Below are positions 12,241 to 24,900 of a DNA stretch of 64,000 nucleotides, piece by piece (the first letter of the stretch is position 1; every line of letters begins with the position of its first letter). The position numbers and the translations under genes are program-made. This DNA comes from Octopus bimaculoides (lineage: Eukaryota). The notes under the pieces are model-generated. The model saw only the letters and a program-made list of their open reading frames with translations. It was not told where the DNA came from and searched no databases. Location: contig NC_068989.1 of NCBI RefSeq assembly GCF_001194135.2, forward strand, positions 19,713,670-19,777,669, in the 5' to 3' direction.

Positions 12241-12703
12241 TTTATGATTGTTAAGTCTTTTCTTTCTTCAATCTTATGCTACCCTTTTTGTTAAGATCAA
12301 GAAAAAAAAGATATTGATTTTTATGGTCATTACATGACGTTTGTAGTCTGACACATGTCTGGTTGCATTGCTGGATTGTGCCACCACCACTGCCACTGCC
12401 ATCTCCTCCTCAACACCATCATCATCATCATCATGGTGGTGCTTTCTTCTCTAATTAATAGCACATTCAATCAATCATGCTTAGTTTTCAGTTTTGTCTT
12501 GTTTAGTTTGTTGTGATAATCAAAAGAAAATATGCATGAAGCAGTCCTGTTTCTCGTCCCTTAGTGTAAGAATGTGTAAGTGTGTGTTCTTGTGTGTTCT
12601 TTAGTTCTTTCTTTTGTTTGTTTTAGCTATCATGGCTAAACCCATGCTGGAGCACTGCTTTACCTGTTTCTATACGTTTGTCATAGTATAACAAGAACAT
12701 GTA

Positions 12704-13300
12704 CATCATCATCATCTTCATCATTTAACGTCCGCTTTCCATGCTAGCATGGGTTGGATGATTTGACTGGGGACTGGCGAAGCGGATGGTTACATCAGAC
12801 TCCAATCTGATCTGGCAGAGTTTCTACAGCTAGATGCCCTTCCTAATGCCAACCACTCCGAGAGTGTAGTGGGTGCTTTTTACGTGACACCAGCATGCGG
12901 GCCAGTTCGGCAGTACTGGCAACGGCCACGCTCAAATGGTGTTTTTTATGTGCCACCTGCACAGAAATCAGCCAGTGTTTTGTTCACATGCCACTGGTAC
13001 AAGTGCCAGTAAGGCGAAGCTGGAAATGATTGCGCTCAAATGGTGCTTTTTACGTGCCACCAGCACGGGAGCAAGACTGCTGCTCTGGCAGTGATCTGGT
13101 TCGGATGATGCTGTTAGCGCTCCACTGGCACGGGTGCCAGTCATCAAATTTGGTTCAGTTTCGATCTCACTTGCCCCAACAGGTCTTCGCAAACTGAGTT
13201 TAGTGTCCAATGAGGGAAAGGTACGCATAGGTGGGCTGGCCACACCCCTGGTAAAGGCCACGGGATTATGGTCTCACTTGTCTTGCCGGGTCTTCTCGCA
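12704..13300 (-). mobile_element. RTE 3' UTR copy (last codons REKTRQD + UTR + (GAT)n)
   Basis: Same tail as the 29531 copy; the element's 5' end reads TGCGAGAAGACCCGGCAAGA. Confidence 0.8.
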
Positions 13301-14677
13301 TTAAATACATAACACATAATTTATAGCACTACATTACTGTGTTTACCACCCAACTCTAACTGAATGTTCTGCACCATGTTCTATCATTATTAGTAACTCC
13401 ATCAAAGCTTCTTTGCTGAATACTTTTCCTTCCTCTCTATGAGTCATGGGCAAACTGCATTCTGTAGGACTTTCTGAATGGCACATCTGACAAAACAAAA
13501 TACCTTGAATTTTTTTAGTAGTGCAACCTGCCTGATGATGTGTCATGTCTCATGTGGCCTGCTTCTCAAAAAAAGGTTACCCATGCTTGCTCTATAATTA
13601 CATCTCCTTTCTCCCCACCCCATCAATTGTCCTTTCTGCATCTGAGCTCTGCCATTGATTTAATTAATCTCTTCTCTTCAGCATTAATTCTTCACTCTGC
13701 CCAAACAAGTTAACTGATTGCTTTGGTCAAGTAATTCTCTACCCTAACATGTGTCCACTCTTTGCAGGCTGCTACATGCTGTCTGTCTTGCTTGTGTTGA
13801 CCATTGACTCCATTGTCACTATATTTACACCATATTATATAGAATATCCTCTCTCTATTTATTCTGTGGTTGAATGTAGACAAGATCACAATCACTGATA
13901 GCATAGTTAACAAGCATCTTGTTATTAGACGTTATCATGGTTATATCCCCAATGGAGTTCCATAATGTAAGATTGTTGTATGGGTAAACTGAAAATGTTA
14001 ATGAGTGCAAACAGGATGAGACTTCAGAAATCTTGAACTAAGTACATTTTAAATATATTTAATGATTAAAATAGTTTCCCCCCACATTGTATGAAATACT
14101 GGAAAATCAGGTATTCCTGTTGTCTACACTAGTAGAATTAAAGTATTTACCTGCTCCACTAAATACATTGTATAAATAAGGTAGAAGACATCCATAAAGA
14201 GGAAATTCTTTCTTTTTTTTTTTTGTTTTCTTTTGCTTGTTTTTGAGACTAATTTCACAAACTAATTTTAGATTTCAAGAATAGTTAATATCAAGCAATC
14301 TTTTTCTTTTTCTTCTCCTTGTTATTCTGAAGGGAAATATTTAGCATTTTCCTTCTTGTATTGTTTAGATAATTAATTGGCTTCCAATTAGTCAATTAAT
14401 TTCTATACTAGTCCTCAACCCTTCACAAATATTCAATCAAGTTTCTCAGATAGTGTTAAATAACTTCTAATAAAAATGTTTTGACATTTTCAAATAGTAA
14501 AGTGTTCAGAAATACAAGTAATACTCAAAAATATTCTATATAGATGGTAAAGATATATGATACATAAGTCATTTACAGATAGAAGACACACACAAGTTTT
14601 CCATATAAATATAGAAGGCATATGTAATTCTATATAAGTACAAAATACATAGGTATTCATTGTATTATAAACAGAAT

Positions 14678-14710
<33 letters not shown>

Positions 14711-14712
<2 letters not shown>

Positions 14713-14928
14713 ATAGGAAGGACAACAAAAGAAAGAAAGAGACCTCGATATTATGTAAATAGAGGAATTTATCTGCAAAAATATGTGACACTTATTCAGT
14801 AGCCATGATAAAACCCCGAGTTTCGGATGCCGGGATGGGAGCCCACGCCAACATCTCTTCAGTTATCTGGCCATTGAAAATTGCTGTGAAAAATGACCGT
14901 TAAACAAAGGGAAATTACCGTGTGGTGA

Positions 14929-14931
<3 letters not shown>
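14711..14931 (-). mobile_element. 221-bp hammerhead-bearing element (Penelope-like pseudo-LTR or non-LTR retrozyme) inserted in (AT)n
   Basis: Unique, relatively GC-rich segment flanked on both sides by pure (AT)n (14681-14710; 14932-14965); contains the hammerhead. No ORF. Confidence 0.65.
14800..14873 (-). ncRNA. Type I hammerhead ribozyme (predicted cleavage after GUU, between 14812 and 14811)
   Basis: Minus-strand RNA: UGGCCA-GAUAA CUGAAGA GAUGUUGG-cgugggcucccauc-CCGGCAUC(C) GAAA CU-cgg-GG-U-U / UUAUC-A-UGGCUA. CUGANGA and GAAA core, stem I 5+6 bp with one bulge, stem II 8 bp, short stem III, NUH triplet. Folded by eye. Confidence 0.8.
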
Positions 14932-14967
<36 letters not shown>

Positions 14968-15504
14968 TTAATTTTTAGCAGAAGCAACAGAGTGACTATT
15001 TGTATCACCTTATACCAAACCTTATACATAGTTGTCCAAATGTTTCATATGTCAGAAGAAAACAGGCACTTGTATATTAGGTAATAGAGTGGGTATATTA
15101 TTAATATTTTTGTAATATCCTATTCTCATGATAGTCAATATATTATCAAATGGTTTCATGCTGAAGAAAGAGAGGCAAATTCAATAATCATCAAATATGG
15201 CTGAATGGTCAAATGACCATACTTTTCTATATAACCACATCTGATGATTGCTGAACTTGCCTCTTCTTTTTTGGCATAAAATCAGTTGATATAATATATT
15301 GGCAGTCATAAGTCTATAATATTATATGAATTATATTTACTGACATATATGGGACTGAAGTATATTCATATTATTTTATTCATTACTGATTGTGGTTATG
15401 CTAGGAAACTGCCTTCAAGAATTTTTAGTCAATCATATAAACAACAATTATTTCAAATTTGAAATTTATTTTATCAATCAGAGATTTAGGGACATCCTAA
15501 TTTA

Positions 15505-17220
15505 GAAATTTGATGAGAGGGAGGTGCTACAGACTTGTGACATAGAAGGCAACTGGGAATTCCTGCAGGACAGTTTGTGAGTGCCACAGACCAAATCTGT
15601 GGCTGGTGCAAAGTCCCATCCAGACCTAGGGTGATGTGGTGGTGGAACGATGTTGTAGACAGGGCTATTAGAGCAAAGAAACAGGCTAAGAAGGCCTGAA
15701 AATGTTGGGGTAGCAGGGAACTGTATCAGATAGCCAGAAGGGAAGCTAGGAGACAGGTATATCTAGCCAAGGGAGAAGCAGAAAAGAAGTTTGCCTATGT
15801 TCAGCAATGTGAAGACCAAAGGGTTGAAGTGTTTTGGATTGCAAGACAGTGTGTGAAAGAAAATTGAGATATCATAGGAGAGAAATGTGTCCGCATGGAT
15901 GATGGTGCACTTGCTTTTAATGAGTCTGCAAGGAAAGAGGTTTGGAAATGCTATTATGAAAGACTGCTGAATGTGGAGAATGAATGGGGGGAAGAGAGTC
16001 TGCCAAATGTTGACCCAGTTGAGGGACCAGCTATCCGAATCGACAGTACCTTGGTAGATAAAGCAATTAGGGATATGAAGACAGGGAAAGCCCCTGGCCC
16101 ATCAGGAATCACTGCTGAGATGCTTAAAATATCTGGTGGTGTGGGTTATGGTTTAGTCACCTGTATTGTAAATCAGGTGGTTCACGAAGAAGTCACACCC
16201 AATGACTGGTGTAGCAGTACCGTAGTCAACTGCTATAAAGGTAAAGGTGATGCCTTAGATAGAAATAATTACAGCAGTATCAAATTGTTGGATCAGTTAC
16301 AGAGAGGGTTATAGCCCAATTAATTAGGGAGACAGTCTAGATGAGATGCAGTTTGGTTTTGTGCCACTGATGCTATATTTCTGGTAAGGTAAGCTACAAG
16401 AGAAATACATAGCCAAAGATAAACCTCTGTACTTGGCTTTTGTTAACTTAGAGAAAGCCTTTGGCAGGGTCCCCGATCCCTTCTCTGGTGGTCAATGTGG
16501 AAACCAGGAATAGATGAGTGGTTGGTGAGAGCTGTACAAGCCATGTACAGGGATGTTACCAGTAAGGTGAGGATGGGCAATGAGTACAACTTTGAGAATA
16601 AGATTAGTCTGGGCAAAGTTCAGAGAGCTCCTACCTCTGCTGGCAACAGAGGACTTCTCCCTCAGAGTGAAGGGCAGATTGTATGATGCCAGTGTGTGAA
16701 CAGCTATGCTATACAGCAGTGAAACATGGGCTGTTACAGTGGAGGACATGCATAGGCTTGAAAGAAAGGAAGCCAGTATGTTTCAGAAGACCTGTCAAGT
16801 CAAGTGTAATCGTAGTCATGGTTGATGCTGGTGTCACATAACTGGTACCTTTGTCGGAGGAATGTAAAAAGCACCTTTTGAGCGTTGCTGATGCCAGTGG
16901 CATGCGGAAAGATCCTTCTGAGTGTTGGGCCTCGTGGAGGCAATGACCAAACATTTGGCATTATGTTGTGCTTGAGAAAACCCATCAAGCCAAATAAAAT
17001 CACAGTGATGGCAAATACTGGTGTCACACAAATGGCGCCTGTGCTGGTGGCATGTAAAAGCACCCATTACACTCTCAGAGTGGTTGGCATTAGGAAGGGC
17101 ATCCAACCATAGAAACCATGCCAAATCAGACTGGAGTCTGGTGCAGCCTTCCAGCTACCAGCCCTGGTCAAACTGTCCAACCCATGTCAGCATGGACATC
17201 AGACGCTAAATGATGATGAT
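15505..17220 (+). mobile_element. RTE-clade LINE, 5'-truncated, internally deleted, with stops and frameshifts; ends in 3' UTR + (GAT)n
   Basis: Translates to WWWNDVVDRAIRAK, KTGKAPGPSGITAEMLK, NCYKGKGDALDRNNY, LYLAFVNLEKAF, RIRLVWAKFRELLPLL, YSSETWAV and VLEKTHQAK*. The RT core (YADD region) is missing at the junction near 16590. Confidence 0.92.
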
Positions 17221-17887
17221 ATTTTATCAAAGTGCAAAGTTATGTATTTTGGTTTCCATTTGCCAAATTTCACTTGCAAGGTATTAGTCCAAAGAAGGTT
17301 ATAGTATGAAATACTTCCCCAAGATGATGCACTCTGAGATCAACTTAGAACAATATGATAATAAAGATAGCTTCTTTATCGTATGACTATGATGACATTT
17401 ATTTGTTTATATATAAGTTTTGCTATGAGTGTTGCATGGTTATCACATTTATTGCATCTTTTTGGCTCTTTAAGATATAATTTCCTATAGTATCTGTAAA
17501 CATATATTCCTTGTATATGTCATAGCACTTCACTGATTAGACTGGAAAATTCTTGCATAATTGATGAAGTCATTTGTGTCTAAGACTACATAGTCACGTT
17601 TCATAAGTATGCATTTATGTGAAGTGTATTTGCAATGTGAGTATATTTATCAATGTATATGTATGTAGATGAAAAAATGTTGTTCATAATTTGGACAATG
17701 GTCTGACATATCTGAGTAACTTCCTCTTTCGTTCTTCAGACTTGTAATAGAATATTATGGGAAGGTAGAGGTGTGGTAAGAAGCTTGCTTCCCAACCATA
17801 TGGTTTCAGGTTCAGTCCTACTGCATGGCACCTTGGGTGAATGTCTTCTACTATGGCCTGGGCTGTAGTAGAAGACATTCTACTAAG

Positions 17888-17909
17888 ATATATATAAATA
17901 TATGTAATA

Positions 17910-17946
<37 letters not shown>

Positions 17947-18294
17947 NNNNNNNNNNNNNNNNNNNNNNNNNNNNNNNNNNNNNNNNNNNNNNNNNNNNNN
18001 NNNNNNNNNNNNNNNNNNNNNNNNNNNNNNNNNNNNNNNNNNNNNNNNNNNNNNNNNNNNNNNNNNNNNNNNNNNNNNNNNNNNNNNNNNNNNNNNNNNN
18101 NNNNNNNNNNNNNNNNNNNNNNNNNNNNNNNNNNNNNNNNNNNNNNNNNNNNNNNNNNNNNNNNNNNNNNNNNNNNNNNNNNNNNNNNNNNNNNNNNNNN
18201 NNNNNNNNNNNNNNNNNNNNNNNNNNNNNNNNNNNNNNNNNNNNNNNNNNNNNNNNNNNNNNNNNNNNNNNNNNNNNNNNNNNNNNNNNNNNNN

Positions 18295-18352
<58 letters not shown>

Positions 18353-18410
18353 CATATATATATGTATATAGGGGGGGTTTACCCTATATAGCATATATAT
18401 ATATATATAT
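17888..18410. repeat. (AT)n microsatellite spanning an assembly gap (N 17947-18294)
   Basis: Direct reading. Confidence 0.95.
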
Positions 18411-19534
18411 GTAGGGGGAATTCACACAAAGAAACAAAAGATGAAGACAGGTGATGTGACTCCCTAATTGTGATAACTGATTGATAACATTAGTCATGAT
18501 TATAAGTTTCTTACACTATACATTCATACATACAGTTCTCAAGGCCAAAATTAGCCTTTTGGTTGAGACCAAAATGTATTATACATACTCTTAGAACACA
18601 TACATACAGGAAAACTAGATAAGTGAATGACAATAGTCTGGATCTTGTTTGGATGTATGTATGAAAGAAATAGTTATAGACAGACTGAGTAAGAAAGTAG
18701 AGCGTTAGGTACAGCAGATATATTCAATTGATTACCAGCCTGATCATTGATCAAAAGAAGACAATAATGTGTTCAGTTGATTTGTTATCAGTAATAGATA
18801 AGTTCTGATAGCTATTCATAGAATTAGTCATGACCCAGTGATCTGTATTTCAAATAAGCTATGCTAATCTTTAGAATAATGAATAACGAATTGGATTACC
18901 CTGCTCAATGGTTTTCAGTTCAAATCTCTAACAGAAATTTTGCTGTGCTTCTGGGGCAGAGTGCTTTATTCTTCATTGCGTTGGTTTACATTAGTTGTTG
19001 GAAAATAGTTATAATTTGTGTGTGTGTGGTGGAGGGGTTGCCTGCAAGCGACCTTACACCATAAAACCAGAACTAAGTAAGAGCTGGTCCTTAAAAACCT
19101 TTGAAGAATTAGAAGCATTTATATTTAGATTTTATAAAATATAAATGACTGGCTGTAGGAAGCATGTGTAAGAAATATAAGTAAAGTGTGGTAATGCAAA
19201 TGTAATATTGTAAGAAATATCACATGATAAGTGTTGTATGGTATGCTCATCATCTATTGACTACAATTTGAACTTGGATTAGGTATCATGATAGAGAAGT
19301 CACATATCTTGTTTCATAATTACAGTCCTAAGTTTGGTATCAAACATGACATTAATGTCAGGGTCTTAATCATAGTTTAGGCATCAAGGTTTTCACCATG
19401 GTCTTAGAAGAACAACATGGTTTATATTTCATTGTTTTGTCCCTGTCTCTTCTACTGCTATTGCTTTGTCATCTCTTCTACCACTGCAGTTTCACTCCTT
19501 GGTCTCTTTTACCACAATTATAATTTCTTCTGTT

Positions 19535-19759
19535 CCTCTCTTTTTCTCTTTACTTGTTTCAGTCATTTGACTGTGGCCATGCTGGGGCACCGCCTTTAGT
19601 CGAGCAAATCGGCCCCAGGACTTATTCTTTGTAAGCCTAGTACCTATTCTATCGGACCCTTTTTGCCGAACCTCTAAGTTACGGGGACGTAAACACACCA
19701 GCATCAGTTGTCAAGCGAAGTTGCGGGGGGTGGGGACAAACACAGATATACAAACATAT

Positions 19760-19792
<33 letters not shown>

Positions 19793-19964
19793 CATATATA
19801 CAATGGGCTTCTTTCAGTTTCCGTCTATCAAATCCACTCACAAGGCTTTGGTCGGCCTGAGGCTATAGTAGAAGACACTTGCCCAAGGTGCCACACAGTG
19901 GGACTGAACCCGGAACCATGTGGTTGGTAAGCAAGCTACTTACCACACAGCCACTCTTACGCCT
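19535..19964 (-). mobile_element. SINE family A copy (tail type 1)
   Basis: Reverse-complement match to 28056-28455. Confidence 0.9.
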
Positions 19965-20694
19965 GAACTATTAAGTTTTATACTGTCCCTTGTCCAGCCT
20001 CATCTGATGAACCTGTATCTCTTCCCATCAGTATCTTTATTGTGTCTCACTTATCCCTTGAAAACTCTATACAAAACACTTCAAAACAATCCTATTTTTC
20101 TGGATCTCAGAAGTACTTTGGAGTGTTTAAGTGGCCTATGTTCTCTATAGGCATTAACCTATAGAAGGTTAGGTAAACATCATCCTCAATAACCTCACCA
20201 GTCTTGGAGGGAAATGTAAAGGTCATGACCATGTCCTCTCTTCTGACCAGAAGAACAGAAACAATATGAAGAGAAGGCAGATTTAGTTGAGATAAGAAAT
20301 AACTGGGATAAGCTGTTATTAACGAGATTACAATTATCTGGTCTGTTAACTTCATATTTAGAGTGCATTCATTTGTTTTATTTTTCCATACTAGTATGGG
20401 TTAGATGAATACATTGTGATAATAAATAATAATAATCATAATAACATTATTGTATACAATGTACAACAACTCATCAGAAAAAGTAGCTAAAAATGCATGA
20501 ACAGTACACAGAATAATGCACAGGAAGTGAACAGTGAACAAGCCATTAACAAAATGGGAGGGGGACATCAGCGGTGAACATTGAAGTATTGTTTTTACAG
20601 ACAGGTGCCCTTCCTGTCACTAACCTTGTCCTGTTTTTCAAGTAAGGGATCTATTTCGCACATCTTGAAAGGTGCAAAGCCTGTAGATGGTTTG

Positions 20695-20865
20695 TATCAT
20701 CATCATCATCATCATCGTTTAACGTCCGCTTTCCATGCTAGCATGGGTTGGACGATTTGACTGAGGACTGGTGAAACCGGATGGCAACACCAGGCTCCAG
20801 TCTAATTTGGCAGAGTTTCTACAGCTGGATGCCCTTCCTAACGCCAACCACTCAGAGAGTGTAGT
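20695..20865 (-). mobile_element. Very young RTE 3'-end copy
   Basis: About 150 bp with one difference from 29550-29703. Confidence 0.85.
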
Positions 20866-21944
20866 TCATGATTTTTAAAGTGCAAATGTAAACAAACACC
20901 GATACAAGTACAAACACACAACAAGCACCCATAAATATACATCTACCTACCTGCCCCCTCTCCCCACTGCTTCTTTCAATTTATATCTACTTAATCCACT
21001 AATAAGGCTTGGTTGGCTCAAGGCTATGGTACAAGACACTTGCTCAAGGTGCTTTGTGTAGGATTGAACCTGAAACCATGTGGTTAAGAAACGAATTTTT
21101 CAATCACACAGCTACGCCTGTACCTATATATTGCTTTCAAATTTTTGCACAAGACCAGCAATTTTGGGGGAGGGAGTAGATCAATTACATCGACCCCAGT
21201 AATCAGCTGGTACTTATTTTATTGACCGTGAAAGGGTGAGAGAGGTAAAGTCAACCTTAGCAGAATTTGAACTCAGAACATAAAGACAGATGAAATGCAG
21301 CTAAGCCTTTTTTGTGGTATGCTAATGATTCTGCCCTTCCTGTACCTATATATTGCACATATTTGCAATATGTAAACATTGTTTGATAGTTACTAGCTGT
21401 TTTATTTCTTGGTGTCTGTATAGTCCATGGCTAGATTCAAACTTGGAACCTATATTCCTCAATACTCTGTGCTAACATTTTCATTAATTATATCTTTAAA
21501 CACATCCAGGAAGAAGACATCCGATACTGATAAAAACTACTCAAAGCTTAATATAGATATAAATATTGTGAATATATAAACTAAAGATGAAACTAATAAG
21601 CTCCTGGTTTGTAAATATTTTGGCAATGTAGATCTTGGAGATAAGATGATGCAAGATGGAGATAAGATTGTATATTGCAGACCTAGTCAACCCATATCAG
21701 CATAGAAAAACAGATGCGAAAATAATGATGTGTGTGTGTGTGTGTGAGAAAGTACACACAGGTGCTTGTGGATTGTGTATGAAGACATCTAGAGTAATTT
21801 TAAATCATTGAATACTGCAGTTGTAGTCTGCCAGGTTCAATTATGCAGACAAAACAATAAGGAGAAACAAATTCTCTCATGTGCATTGCAGTTAACACAA
21901 CAGCTTGCTTGCTGTCTCTTTTTGTTTTTCTTTCTCTCTTATAC

Positions 21945-22110
<166 letters not shown>

Positions 22111-22250
22111 ATTTCCTCTCACTCACATTATATATCTGTCTCACTCTTGTACATTCATACGCATACTTAAAACATTTCTCATACATAGACTTATTTCTTT
22201 AGACATATAAATACACCTACATATCCTGTTATTCTCTCTCTCTGTGTCTG

Positions 22251-22282
<32 letters not shown>

Positions 22283-22923
22283 GCTCTCTCTCTCTCGCTC
22301 TATCCCTCCCATTCCAACCCTACCCGAGAAGTGCAGCTTGCCAAATTCCTCATTCTAATAACCTAACAAGTCTGAAAGTTGCCCAATCTTCTATTTTATT
22401 TTTAACACAATGTTGCTGTTTGGATGTACAATCTATTTTTACCCATTATCAACAAGTGGCAACCCACTGTCTATAATTAGATGTTTCCCCCCCCCCCCTC
22501 TCATGTGTAACATGTGTTTACTCACCACTACAACTGAGCCTCTACCACAAATACTAAACAATCGGTTACTCATCACTGGACATGTGGTCATTCTCCAAAG
22601 AGATTTATGATATAAGAGAGAATATTGCATCATTCAGTGTTGTTTTTGTTTTCATTCATAGTATATCTAGGACTACATGGTCTAATATGTGCTTCCTTTT
22701 TTGAATGCATAGCTGTGTGATTTCAAAGAAATTTGGCTACTATTTCAAGAGGTGCTTTAATGATGCATAAGGATTTTGTTAAGTTATTTGAATGATTCAC
22801 TGCTTCACTCTAGTATTATTGTAATTGTTTAGACCCAGATCAATTCAGTTCTCATTAGACATCATTTTAAACTCCCTTCACTGTCTTTTTTGTCACCCAC
22901 CTCCTTTAATTTATTACATTATC

Positions 22924-23298
22924 TATTACCACTGCCTTGGTGAAGGCGGAGTTATTGTTTTCAGTCGTGTTTGTTTGTTTGCTTGTTTGTCTGTGGACAA
23001 GATATCTCAAGAACTGTTGGATGGATTCAGATGAAACTTTCAGGGATATTTGGCCTTGTGAGTGGCATGAACTGATTAGATTTTAGGATTGATCCAGTAC
23101 CAGACAAGGATTCTGGATTATTTTTCCTGTTTTTTTTACTTAATTTTTGAGAGCAGTCAGTTTCATTTTTAGTATTCTCGTTTGTGAGAGCAGTCGAGTT
23201 TATTTTAGATATTCTCATTTTAAAAATCATCTCTGGCTAATCGTTGAGAGTATGTTGGTGTTGCCTTGACAGAGGTTTGCACTCTCTGAGTGCTCTTG
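22924..23298 (+). mobile_element. Helentron/Helitron2-type non-autonomous element (HINE/DINE-like)
   Basis: 5' TATTACC + palindrome CTGCCTT.GGTG.AAGGCGG, TGTT microsatellite, GGATGGATT..GATGAAAC body, subterminal GCCTTG repeat and 3' hairpin GCACTC-TCT-GAGTGC. Confidence 0.65.
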
Positions 23299-23391
23299 TG
23301 TATTTTTGTTTTGTTTTATTAAATTGTAGAGTGATAGAGCTAAGGTTGGGTGACTGGATAGAATACTCGCCCAGTAACCAGACACACTCGC

Positions 23392-23664
23392 TTTTACTCT
23401 TTTACTCTTTTACTTGTTTCAGTCATTTGACTGTGGCCATGCTGGAGCACTGCCTTTAGTCCAGCAAATTGACCCCAGTACTTATTCTATCAGTTTCTTT
23501 TGACGGACTTCTTTCAGTTTCCGTCTACCAAATCCACTCACAAGGCTTTGGTTGGCCTGAGGCTATAGTAGAAGACACTCGCCCAAGGTGCCACGCAGTG
23601 GGAATGAACCCGGAACCATGTGGTTGGTAAGCAAGCTGCTTACCACACAGCAACTCCTGCACCT
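23392..23664 (-). mobile_element. SINE family A copy, internally deleted
   Basis: Head and tail match the 28056 copy; the middle is missing. Confidence 0.85.
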
Positions 23665-24354
23665 ACATATTGTTCCTTTATTACCTGACCTGCTAGAAAT
23701 AGCTGCCAAATCAGTCTTATATTCACACTCTACCTTCATAAAAAAAAGTAGAAAGAACATACTGGATAATGTGATGGATAGTCCTGGGTGGAATGTCTTT
23801 GATCATAACTCTATTGAGTCAGAGCTGGTCTAGGGTTAAAGAATATCAACAATTATTGTGTTGTGTCCATAACCAAGATATGTTACCATATGATAGTGTA
23901 AGTCATCATTAGGAGTAGAAGTTGTTTCACTGTAACTTTGATGTCCAAATAGTCTCTTGCCTCATAGTACACAGTTCAGTTCTTCCCACTTGAATGATCA
24001 CTCATGATAGATTATTACTTTTAGTTATTGCTGTTTAGATTTTGATGAGCTCTGAGCCAGTAGACTTATGATCAAAGACGTTCCAGCTGTCCATCCTATC
24101 TGTTATTCCACTAGAAATAGATTCTCTTAAACACTCAGATGGCTTACTAGAAGTAGTTGATAGCTTCTCAATCTAAGAGGCATAATTAGCAGGGGAGATG
24201 ATTATCCAAAACAGTAGCCAGAGTAAGAACAGGCTGGAAAAATTTCTGAGAACTTTTAGCAGTAAAGGTCTTTTTCCTCAGAATGAAGGACAGATTATAT
24301 GATGCTTGTATTAGAGCATACCTTGACACTAGGGTAATATTTTTGGAAGCCGTG

Positions 24355-24405
<51 letters not shown>

Positions 24406-24619
24406 CTCTATTGGTGAAGGGATTGATTATCATCTACTTTGTGTTGTCTATACAAGCCTTGTCAATGCTTGAGGTTAACCAACTATCTATACCATGACCA
24501 TATTGGATCTCACTACTTTATTATACACACATACACATACACACACATGCATTGACTTTCCCTCCATGACTCCTGTCTCCTTACCACTTACAGACACCTT
24601 TCAACTCTTGTTTCTGAAC

Positions 24620-24900
24620 ACTTGTGCAGATCACATCATCTACTCCATTTCACTCTTACCCCGTTACACTTCTCTAGGTCCAGTTATAAAGTGGCTTCAC
24701 TGGATCCCACTCTTTCTCTCCACCCAATGCACTTCTAGCTTCACTCTGCCGTACTACTTACAGCTAGCACTCTCACTCCTTCTGGGTCACCTCTATTGCT
24801 ATTCAACCCCTAATTTTGCCTTTATCGCATTACCCAACCATATCTTTGTTCACCCCTGCCTTTCCCGTCATACTCTTGTTCCTTCAACCCTTTCAATGAA
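24620..24900 (+). mobile_element. Possible decayed L2/CR1-type LINE 3' remnant
   Basis: HIIYSISLLPRYTSLGPVIKWLHWIPL resembles the L2 motif ..LPR.SHITPLL.SLHWLP; little other support. Confidence 0.35.

Noticed and set aside
17684-18394. Long ORFs containing X runs (also 29609-30322, 44983-45430, 51955-52440)
   Set aside because: They are open only because N gaps contain no stops. The one real part is the RTE C-terminus at 30059-30360.
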